Origin: Corallochytrium limacisporum Hawaii
Lineage: Eukaryota; Protista; Pluriformea
Assembly (NCBI GenBank): GCA_002811645.1
Contig: PDIP01000031.1
Location: 77,821 to 141,820, forward strand
Direction: 5' to 3'
Length of the DNA stretch: 64,000 nucleotides
Positions 49,848-59,000 of this stretch are shown piece after piece. Both the position numbers and the translations under genes were made by a program. The notes beneath the pieces are model-generated. The model had not been told where the DNA came from and did not search any database. It saw only the letters and a program-made list of their open reading frames with translations. The first letter of the stretch is position 1. Each line of letters opens with the position of its first letter.

Positions 49848-52800
49848 TCACAATCCGGGAGAACCCATCGCTCGGGGACCGGTGGCGGTCATTGCCGAAG
49901 CAGTTGCGTATGCCTGGAAGAATGCCTGCAACGCATTCGTTTCGGGCGCGATCCGCTCCGGTGGACACACTTGACTGTTCGCGGTTTGCCCACATAGGCA
50001 GCAGGTGCCTTCCTTGGCCAGCAATACACTGTACTCAGAATAGCGTGCGGGAAAGGCGCAGCACGGTGTCAGAGTCAGGTCGTGTCGAACCACGTGGCAG
50101 CCACTTGCCACACACATCGGCAACAGCGAGCGGCACTCTACACACGTCAGCTGACGATCCGGCACGAGAGTAGCACAGTAGGGGCACTCTGACAAGCTAT
50201 CCGGTACCTCGTCATGGGCCTCGGGCTTGCGGACAATCAATTCGATCTTTTTGCGGTACTTGGGATCGATCTGGTCACGATAGGTCGGTTGCATGAGCAT
50301 TGAAGCGAAACGGTGGGCGCTGCGTTTGAGCCCAGCTCGAGTGCATTCAATAACAGTCGACGTGAGAATTGGCACAACGTGGTTGGGGAACATGGAAATG
50401 GACTGTGCGGTGCGGCAGAGCAAGCGAGCGGCACGCTCGTGCTCGCGATGTTTCACCAAAGTCCGGACAAGGACATAGGAGTGCAGAATGTGCATCAATG
50501 TCCGCATGGCAGGAGGCACGGCCAGTGCCAGAGCAATACCTCTCTCGTGAACCGTCTTCTGTGAATAGGTAGAGCTACTGGCCATGCTCGTAATTGATGG
50601 TAGGTCCCCGCCTTCCTCGCCAGCAAATTCTCTGGTAAGGGACACGAGCATGTTGTGTGCCTTGCGGTAGGCGCCTTCGTCCTGTAGCGACTGCGTTACA
50701 GCCAGACTCTGCTGCATGGCTTGATCTGGTTGGCCAGTAGCCAAATGATAGCGGACCTGATAGAAGAGCGGCCGTGGTTTGCCATCCAACCCGCCAGTGA
50801 GGAATTGCCAGACACGGTCACAGGTCGCAGTGTCCCCGGATGGATATAAGATGTCACGTACAACGCGTACCAATTCACGGCATGCACGATGGCCGACATC
50901 GCGGTACCGTTCGGGCCTTGCACGATCAGCAACACCTGTACCATCGTCGGAGAGTTGCCGCGGTGCCAATGTTGGTGGAGGAGTCTTTGTGAGGAAATCG
51001 ACACCCTTGTCGAGGAAGCCCGCACGCACATAGTGATAGCCCGCACCAAACGGCCGTGTCGGATCCCTGCGCGTCGCGAACCATTCCGCGACAGCTAAAT
51101 GCTCCTCCTTGGAAGCTCGATCGCCTAATAGTTCTGCGAAAATGTCCATGCAGTCGTGCTCAATAGCCATACGGAAGGCTTCTTCGTTGTGGGCACTAAG
51201 GAGGAGAAATTCGATAGCACGAGAGACATCTTCAAGTTTCTGCAGGTACCAGTCCGCAACGGCCTTGGCACCCACACGGCTACCTGTAACATGCACAAGC
51301 TCCGTCGCACGCTGTAGGGCCTCTGGTGTGCCGCCAAGTCCGTACAGGAGCACTCGAACGGCACTAGCATAATGACCAGCACGTTCGTAAGCCACAAACG
51401 CCCGCTCCAGTGACTCGATCGTGCCCTTTCGCTCTTCACATCGGCCGTAGCATACGGTCAGTGGCGCGGAGGTCAGTTGCGGAACGATCTGCCATAGTGT
51501 ACGAAGAAACACGTCCTTTTCCTCATCACTAAGATAGGCGAAGCGGCGACCGCCCGAACCGGCTGTGTTCGAGGCTGATGTCGTATCAACGGCGTCGTCC
51601 ACCACAGTTGGGAGGGGCAAATCACCGTAGCCGCGGAGGCACGCCTGCGCGGCGCGGTCATGGATGCCGGCCAGTGAATACAGGTCGCTCGCGTCGATGA
51701 ATTGGCTGCGATTCTCGAGCAGAGCACCGCATTCACGCAGCAATTTCGTCACTGCTGCACGGTCGGACACAAAGGCTGATTCATCAGCGGTGATAAGGTT
51801 GCCTATTTCACCCTCAACATTTGCCTGAGCGGCGGTCATCAGCATGGACACGCGTTCATGTTCCTGACGGGCAAGAGCGATGCCTTCCTGTGCCTCCCCA
51901 ACGGCAATAGCCGTCCTTGCTTGGCCAGCAAGGCACTGAGTGTTGTGCAGTCGTACTCGCGGGGGTGCCTCCTTGCTACCCGTGTCAATAAGGGCGCTCT
52001 GGTAGAGGATGCGAGCCTTGGCATTTTCGTCCTGAATCTCCAGCTGCCGGGCACGGGCTGCACTGAGGAACGGCAAATCCCCAGGCCGGCAATCTCGGGC
52101 TAGAGCCATGGCCTTGTCAAAATCAAGCACATTGCGATGCATTTCCAGAGCAATCTCAGGTCTGTTGGCTGCCATAAAGTGCCGTTCCGCTTCACCATGC
52201 TGCCCGTACCACATAGCAACGTAACCGCTCAGGACCTCAAGGTCCTCTTCATGCGCGATGTCCTCTAGGAAGTTTACCAAATGGGCTGCGGATGCCATGC
52301 GGAAAGCTGGAATGGCACTCTCAAAGTCGAGGGCCTTCATGGCTGCCTCGCCTAATCGGTGCCATTGAGAGCACTGTACAATTGAGAGAAGATCATCATC
52401 ATCGGCCGTCGCAACGATGGACCGGCCGTCAGCGTGCGTTTCCGAGAGTGCATTGCTTCCTTGAGTATCAACTATATTGCTCCTCAGCTGGACTTGGCGT
52501 CTCCACTGCGTGCGCAATGTCCAGAGGTATCGAAAGCCGTCTCGGTGCGCACCAATGGCCATCAACTGACACAGACCACGTTCCACTAATGCTCGGCTCC
52601 ATTTCGTTAGTCTTCTGGTGTCAGTGGAAGATGCCATTAGCTCCTGCCAGAGTTTCTCTGCATTGAGTAAAGTGTAGGTCCATTCCAGAAGGGAAGGAAT
52701 TGGCACAGTCACCGGGGTGCATTGGCCGGTTATGCTCACCACCGTGTTGTCGATAAACAAAGGAGGACAAGATGTGCCTGACATTACGACAGGCAAGGCA

Positions 52801-55391
52801 TACAGAGCGTGGGTGGATGATACAGAAGGACCACCACCGCTTGCCATGGTGTAAGTCACAGCCATTAGGAGGGACAGTGGCAGACTGCCACGGTGACTGG
52901 TCGGTTGGTAGCATACGAGTAGGACTTCTCGTGCTTCCAAGGACACAGCACGCAGAGTATATCGCCACTGACTCCACAGCAGTCGCATGCTCACGCCATT
53001 AGGTAACTTGGGGACTGGCACGCGCAGTGGATTCCGTGACGATCCCTCTTTCCCGGGTTGTTGATAAACTGCTGCAATGTATAGCTCTTGGCCACCATTG
53101 CAGCAGAGCAGGACATGAGTACCATCCATAGAAGTGCTAATCGCAGACAGCGGGTGCTCGCACATCTCTGTCGAGATGATATCCCAAGCTGTGAGTGAAA
53201 ACACGGTCCAGCTGCCATGTTCATGAGCCCAGACGCAAATTTCATCGCGAAGGTGAATGCCAAGCAAGGGATCTGCAGTTCGCTGAATGGATATGATCAG
53301 GCGCTTGCTATGCTCTTCGTTGGTTTCTTCCTCCTCCTGCAATTCGGGAGGCAGTAGAACGTCCCCCCTGGCATCTCGCCATTCACGCAATTGGCCACTC
53401 GGTACCCCGTCGCCCTCGAACTCAATGCCCACGTACCGGTCGTTAACGTGGATCACTGTTACTGGGCCCAGAAGAGACGTCTCCAACTTGGTTTGCCACA
53501 ACGGTCCATCGGCTAAGCTGTCTACTGCATCATTAAGCGTCTCGCACGGCATGTATATGGCCACATCCCCGCTGGCAAATGCCACTGCAATTGCAGTTCC
53601 CCGCTCAGACACTCCCAGGCATGTGATTTCCGGTACCACATCTTTCGGAATGCACACCCAGTATGATATTGCCTCCCCCTTACCATCAAGTTCTACAGCG
53701 CGGCGGATATGAACAAACCCTGCTGACCAGAGTGTAGCCACTGAGAGACCATTAGTGGCGCTCAGCACAATCTTCGAGCTGTGCGTAGCAATCCGACCCA
53801 CTAACGCCACGATTTCGACTTGTCCCTGCGACGAGGACACTGCCACATGTCGCCCACGTTCGTGCGCAAATACCTGTTGTGCTTTTCCCCTTAGACCACT
53901 GTCTAGGGGAATTGCATTTTTGACTAGCTTGCGGCCGTCATCATGAACAGATACGAAAGAAATGAACTTGGAGCTCGTGCTGGCTCCACAGCCAAGCACA
54001 CCGTTGACAGCTTTACAGCTGTCGGATCTTCCTGCAATCTCTACATCGCTTTCCTTCCTGAGGCTCCGTGTGCTGTCCACCGTCTGGCCCGTGCTGATAT
54101 TGATCAAAACAGTCTTTCCGCAGCCAAGGGTCAAGAGCAGCTGATCGATCCGATTCGGCATGAATTGGTAGTCCACAACGGGGTCATTCGTACCATTTTG
54201 ATCCGATTTCCAAAGCGTGCGCAGATTGCGGATGGTTCCGTCCGGGTCAATGTCCAGTGCCAAAACTGCACCTCGTCGGTCAATACTGAAAACAACATGT
54301 GTCCCATCACTTGAGTACCTCAAGGGTCCACTGGCTTGAGTAGGATGTTCTACGGAGTCTTTCACAGCGTACGTCACTCGTCCATTCTGCAAAACTTGTG
54401 GCGTGAGGACAGTGAACCGAGAATCGCTGCCAGCGGTGATCAGAAACGGCAAACTACCGATCCTGTCGATTCCTATATGTTGGGAATCGTCCTCAATGTA
54501 AGCAAATCTATGCCACAGCCATGCAATCTCCACAACGCGTCCGCTATGCAGCCCATCAATAGATGCAATCAACGACTGCTCCGCCGTCATTTCCTTCATC
54601 TTATCGACAGCCACAATACGACAATCACCAAGGCACTGTCCTAGAGCCATCAGATGAGTTCCTTCGTAACGAAGTGATGAGGCTGGAGACACACACACCG
54701 GCATGTCTGTTACTGCCATCGCCGTGGTGGATTCCTGGCTAAAATACCTGACAGCATCGCTTGTCACAAGGTCTTGAGGTTCCAGCATCATTGCCTCAAT
54801 ATCACCGCTTGGAAGACTCGAGCATGAGGCAAACCTCACCTCACCATCCCCTAACCGTATCACGAGTAAGAATGGCTGCTCATCCTCACGAAGTTCTCCA
54901 AATGACCTTGGCAGTACGTGAACAGCAGACACAGGTTTTCCCAGGTCCAAATTCCCAACAATCTTAGTGTGAACGTTGAACTCAGATCCTGTTCCGGTCA
55001 CGGAGACAAAAATAGCTTGAGAGGACTTCGATCCAGATACCACGAGTACCTCCCGATTGGTGGACTCTACCGATAAGGTGGTAGAAGGAGGATGCGGCGT
55101 TGAATCAATGCAAGTTACCCATGCTATGCACAGCGTTCCCTGTAATTGTGTATCAATAAGAGCTCTCTGTTGCCCGTAGACATGCGGCACTATGTCGATC
55201 TCTGCTTCGTCTGAGTTTACGAAATGGAGAAGGGAAACTTTGGGAGTAAGGCAGGGAGGCACTGCCTCCTCCGCATTCTTCACTAATGCGGACGCATACT
55301 GAGTAAGGGAATGGATCTCGGCACCCGTACCCCTCGTGGGGGCGCTCTGTGTCACCATTGTCTGCTGTTCGTTCGGTGCCATACTTTCCAT
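49848..55391 (-). CDS. WDR19: Intraflagellar transport protein IFT144/WDR19 (IFT-A), divergent and expanded
   Basis: The C-terminal LHSYVLV...AARLLCR...ISMFPNHVVPILTSTVIECTRAGLKRSA..FASMLM.P.YR.QID.KYRKKIE.IVRKP and zinc ribbons (CPYC, CVEC, CVASG) match WDR19. TPR-like middle and beta-rich N-terminus. Confidence 0.9.
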   Translation of the reverse strand: MESMAPNEQQTMVTQSAPTRGTGAEIHSLTQYASALVKNAEEAVPPCLTPKVSLLHFVNSDEAEIDIVPHVYGQQRALIDTQLQGTLCIAWVTCIDSTPHPPSTTLSVESTNREVLVVSGSKSSQAIFVSVTGTGSEFNVHTKIVGNLDLGKPVSAVHVLPRSFGELREDEQPFLLVIRLGDGEVRFASCSSLPSGDIEAMMLEPQDLVTSDAVRYFSQESTTAMAVTDMPVCVSPASSLRYEGTHLMALGQCLGDCRIVAVDKMKEMTAEQSLIASIDGLHSGRVVEIAWLWHRFAYIEDDSQHIGIDRIGSLPFLITAGSDSRFTVLTPQVLQNGRVTYAVKDSVEHPTQASGPLRYSSDGTHVVFSIDRRGAVLALDIDPDGTIRNLRTLWKSDQNGTNDPVVDYQFMPNRIDQLLLTLGCGKTVLINISTGQTVDSTRSLRKESDVEIAGRSDSCKAVNGVLGCGASTSSKFISFVSVHDDGRKLVKNAIPLDSGLRGKAQQVFAHERGRHVAVSSSQGQVEIVALVGRIATHSSKIVLSATNGLSVATLWSAGFVHIRRAVELDGKGEAISYWVCIPKDVVPEITCLGVSERGTAIAVAFASGDVAIYMPCETLNDAVDSLADGPLWQTKLETSLLGPVTVIHVNDRYVGIEFEGDGVPSGQLREWRDARGDVLLPPELQEEEETNEEHSKRLIISIQRTADPLLGIHLRDEICVWAHEHGSWTVFSLTAWDIISTEMCEHPLSAISTSMDGTHVLLCCNGGQELYIAAVYQQPGKEGSSRNPLRVPVPKLPNGVSMRLLWSQWRYTLRAVSLEAREVLLVCYQPTSHRGSLPLSLLMAVTYTMASGGGPSVSSTHALYALPVVMSGTSCPPLFIDNTVVSITGQCTPVTVPIPSLLEWTYTLLNAEKLWQELMASSTDTRRLTKWSRALVERGLCQLMAIGAHRDGFRYLWTLRTQWRRQVQLRSNIVDTQGSNALSETHADGRSIVATADDDDLLSIVQCSQWHRLGEAAMKALDFESAIPAFRMASAAHLVNFLEDIAHEEDLEVLSGYVAMWYGQHGEAERHFMAANRPEIALEMHRNVLDFDKAMALARDCRPGDLPFLSAARARQLEIQDENAKARILYQSALIDTGSKEAPPRVRLHNTQCLAGQARTAIAVGEAQEGIALARQEHERVSMLMTAAQANVEGEIGNLITADESAFVSDRAAVTKLLRECGALLENRSQFIDASDLYSLAGIHDRAAQACLRGYGDLPLPTVVDDAVDTTSASNTAGSGGRRFAYLSDEEKDVFLRTLWQIVPQLTSAPLTVCYGRCEERKGTIESLERAFVAYERAGHYASAVRVLLYGLGGTPEALQRATELVHVTGSRVGAKAVADWYLQKLEDVSRAIEFLLLSAHNEEAFRMAIEHDCMDIFAELLGDRASKEEHLAVAEWFATRRDPTRPFGAGYHYVRAGFLDKGVDFLTKTPPPTLAPRQLSDDGTGVADRARPERYRDVGHRACRELVRVVRDILYPSGDTATCDRVWQFLTGGLDGKPRPLFYQVRYHLATGQPDQAMQQSLAVTQSLQDEGAYRKAHNMLVSLTREFAGEEGGDLPSITSMASSSTYSQKTVHERGIALALAVPPAMRTLMHILHSYVLVRTLVKHREHERAARLLCRTAQSISMFPNHVVPILTSTVIECTRAGLKRSAHRFASMLMQPTYRDQIDPKYRKKIELIVRKPEAHDEVPDSLSECPYCATLVPDRQLTCVECRSLLPMCVASGCHVVRHDLTLTPCCAFPARYSEYSVLLAKEGTCCLCGQTANSQVCPPERIAPETNALQAFFQAYATASAMTATGPRAMGSPGL

Positions 55392-55680
55392 GGATCTCAG
55401 ACCACATCTGCTACACCTTACCTTCTACATGATCTTGTCCAATTCATCTGTTCTCTAGATCTAACCCTTGTTATCCAGTCTCTACCAGTCCAGCCTTTCA
55501 TGAAACAAAGGCCTCATTTACATCAATCAAGTATGTGTCAATGGCAGATCAAGGAAATACCCTTCTATGCTGTGCATCATGTCCGGTGCCAATTGAGACC
55601 GCCGCCATCCGAACGCGATCGGGGCTTGCCTACCCAATTCCGGCAGCCAGTGACGGGACAGTCGGCGTCCCGACAGTACT

Positions 55681-55694
55681 TTCACTATGGCGAC
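55681..55694. promoter_or_regulatory. RFX X-box-like site upstream of IFT144
   Basis: TTCACTATGGCGAC is a 13/14 match to GTYRCYATGGYRAC. Confidence 0.45.
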
Positions 55695-55817
55695 CCCGGG
55701 AAACGGAATCCATTTCTGGCGGGCGTTGCGCACCGAAAAAGGAAACCCGTAATTCACATAATTGTTTGTTTGGTTAGGGGTATAGTTTTCATTCGTCTTT
55801 GGAGACACTTACACGGG

Positions 55818-55832
55818 TTTTTCGCGCGCCAA
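55818..55832. promoter_or_regulatory. Overlapping double E2F-like site upstream of FANCM
   Basis: TTTTTCGCGCGCCAA, about 230 nt before ATG 56059. Confidence 0.55.
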
Positions 55833-56058
55833 GGCTTCGAAAGTAGTTTATGCGGCTCGCTGTGGGGAGGGCAGTGAGTTCAGGGTCAGGCCCTCTGTCG
55901 AATGGTACTTGACGGCCGTTTGATGGAAATTCTAGTACCCAGGTGTCCATCTATCCATATCCCTTTTGGGCGGATCAGAAGGCACCGCAGTATAATATAA
56001 CGTGATGAAGCTAGACAAATAACTTTATGAGTCACGAGTTACAGCCAAGTGGCCGACC

Positions 56059-59000
56059 ATGGCATCGCAGACGTCAATGCTGCGGTTCCTGCAGCCGAAG
56101 GGTGAATCTGGAGAGAGGAGAAAGGAGAAGGGAAAGCAGAGTACCTTGGTTCCGGCTGGACTTGGAGCCTCCTCCAAACGTGTAGCTTCGCAGGCGAAGA
56201 TGGCCAAAATGAGCCCTAAAGGCTTTTCCAACGATGACTTCCTCGATGATACCGTTTTCGAAAGCATTGATCTTGCAGAGATCGACAAATTGGCGGAACA
56301 GAAAAGTAGAGCTTCTAAGGAAGTTGCTCAACAGAAAATACAGGGCACGAACGGTAGTGTATCTTCCAAGGCTTATAATGCCATCACAAACTATGTCTCG
56401 GGTGGAAAGTCTATGGCATTGTCCCCATTCCAAGAAAAGAATGATGATGAGGGAGCTAATCCCTCGATTCGAAAGGGCGTACCTCGAGACGATACCTTCA
56501 AACGTCGTGGATGGCCAGTTTTTGAAGAAGATGAAGGCTATAAATGGTATTTTCCACGCAAAGAAGGCATGCAAGAGCGTGATTACCAAAGAAACATTGT
56601 GGCCAAGTGCCTCTTCAGTAACACGCTCGTATGTCTGCCAACTGGGTTGGGAAAGACCTTCATAGCAGCCGTGCTCATGTATAATTTCTATAGATGGTTC
56701 CCTGAAGGCAAGTTGATCTTCATGGCACCCACAAAGCCTTTGGTACAGCAGCAAATTCGAGCGTGCTACGAAATCATGCGGGTACCACAGCACGAAATGA
56801 TCTGTTTAACAGGTGAAGTGAACAACAAAGTTCGTCGAGAAGAATGGATGGTGCGCAGATTGTTCTTTGCTACACCGCAGACGGTATATGCCGACCTCGC
56901 TGACGGCATAGCTCCATCGAAGAGTATTGTGTGTGTTGTGATCGATGAGGCACACAAGGCCACGGGAAACTATGCCTACGTGCAGGTCGTAAAAACCTTG
57001 CTTTCTGCTGGGGCGCGATTCCGAGTGCTCGCTCTTTCGGCAACCCCTGGAGATAATCTTGATGTTGTCCAGTCCGTATTGAGCAATCTACGCATTTCAA
57101 CTGTGGAGATCAGAGATGAAGGTTCTATAGATGTAGCTCCATATGTACATGGCAAGTCTCATGAGAAGATTGTGGTGAGCATGACAAAAGGACTGGAGGA
57201 ACTCTTGAAGGTGGTGAACGCCAACGCTGATAGATATCTCAAGGCATGCCAAGCCAGTGGCGTGCAGGTCTACCAAAGGGACGTGAATAGACTGACAGTC
57301 GGCGCGTGTTTTATGATGCAAAAGAAGGCACCGCCTGGTACTGGAAGAAGCTGGGCATACGGACTCTATCGTTTGCTTAGATTTCGTGAGGCTGTGACGT
57401 TTTATGGGTACGGGACTGCCATGTCGATGCTGCTAGAGAATGCAACGAAGGACCAAAAAAACAAACGAGGCAAGGCAGGTGGAAACCAGGACGAGGCAAG
57501 GTACATGGACGTTCTCCAGAGATTGATCGACAGTGGAGAATTGCACCCGAAGCTGGTCAAACTGATTGACATCTTACAGAAATTCATTCAGGACAAACCC
57601 GAGTCTCGGGCCATTGTCTTCACGCACTACCGGGAAAGTTCAGGGGAAATCGTTGGCAAGCTGTCTGAGATCAACGGTATTCAGGCAGCAGAATTTACAG
57701 GACAGGGCACAGCCAAGGGCAGAAAGGGGATGACGCAGAAGGTGCAACAGCAACTTATTCAGCGGTTCTCATCCGGAGAGCTAAATGTTATTGTATCCAC
57801 AAGTGTCGGCGAGGAAGGCATTGACATTGGTGAAGTGGATCTCATCATCAATTATGATCACTTTACCTCAACAACAAAGGCCACTCAGCGAAAGGGTCGC
57901 ACCGGTCGCAAGCGTAAGGGAAGGGTCGTGGACTTAGTTACTCCGGGTGTGGAGGAAATGACCCTGTCAAAAACTAAAAAGAGTACTTCTTCGTATGCTC
58001 AGACACTGCGCACGACCATTAGTAGGTGTGAAATGGCAGGCGCTGCTCCATGGGGCCGCATGGTACCGAAGCATATTATTCCGCGAATCGAGTATCTCGA
58101 TATTACTGTAGAAGACAAAATGGCACAGTTTCAGCCTTACTCGAATCGACGCTCTGTAACTTCGCGCAGTTCAAAGACGAACCTGAACGACAGCGTTGGC
58201 AGTATAGAGGACACGTCAGTTGTGAGCGCTTACAGAAAGAAGCGAAAACTTGAAGACCTCCTTGACAGCATCATCAATCCTCAGAGACTCACTGAAACCA
58301 AACGCCTCTTTATCATGAAGGATCCAAATTGGGGTTTCGACGCCAAACAGGCTTTGCGAATCCATGCCAGCAGATTTCAACTCACACATCGATCCTATGA
58401 AGGACCGTACATGGGAACCAGTCCTCTGACGCATGGATATCGGAAAATTCTATACGGCCTGCAGAGCGGAAGATTCAAGACCGCTGAGCTAACGAGTCTA
58501 TTGGGCACCAAACCGGACGGCATTTCCAGCCCTGAACTGCTCTCAGATCTTGGATCACGGGGGGTTGCGCTGTGCGTTGATGACGATGTAATGGCACTGG
58601 ACGAAGCTGGCATTGAAGAGGTCACCACGGCTTTATATGACAATGATCCGCCTAGCCCAATATTCAAATGTCAAGAGTTTGGGCCGGTACCATCCCCAGG
58701 CCGTCTTTTGGAACCATTGCTGTCGAGGGACACGGGCCCAAAACACAGGTCGACAAGCAATGCCAAACGGCCGCATCTGCAAAGTTGCGTGCCCTCATCA
58801 GCCATTCGTGCGCAACCTGTCGAGATTATGCGAGAAATCATACAACGTGCTCCGCCACCTCCAAAGACGACGACTTCCACTACGACTATCCAATCAGTCT
58901 TCACGGACGATAGTGACGATGATGACACATCCATGATGATGGCCATGATGGCCGCAGCGGACAAGGCCGAGAAGACTGTCACCACAGCGACACTATCGAA

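Noticed and set aside
1122-55731. TTGCGC/GCGCAA as a general promoter motif
   Set aside because: It recurs in several spacers, but by-eye counts are only modestly above chance and show no fixed position.
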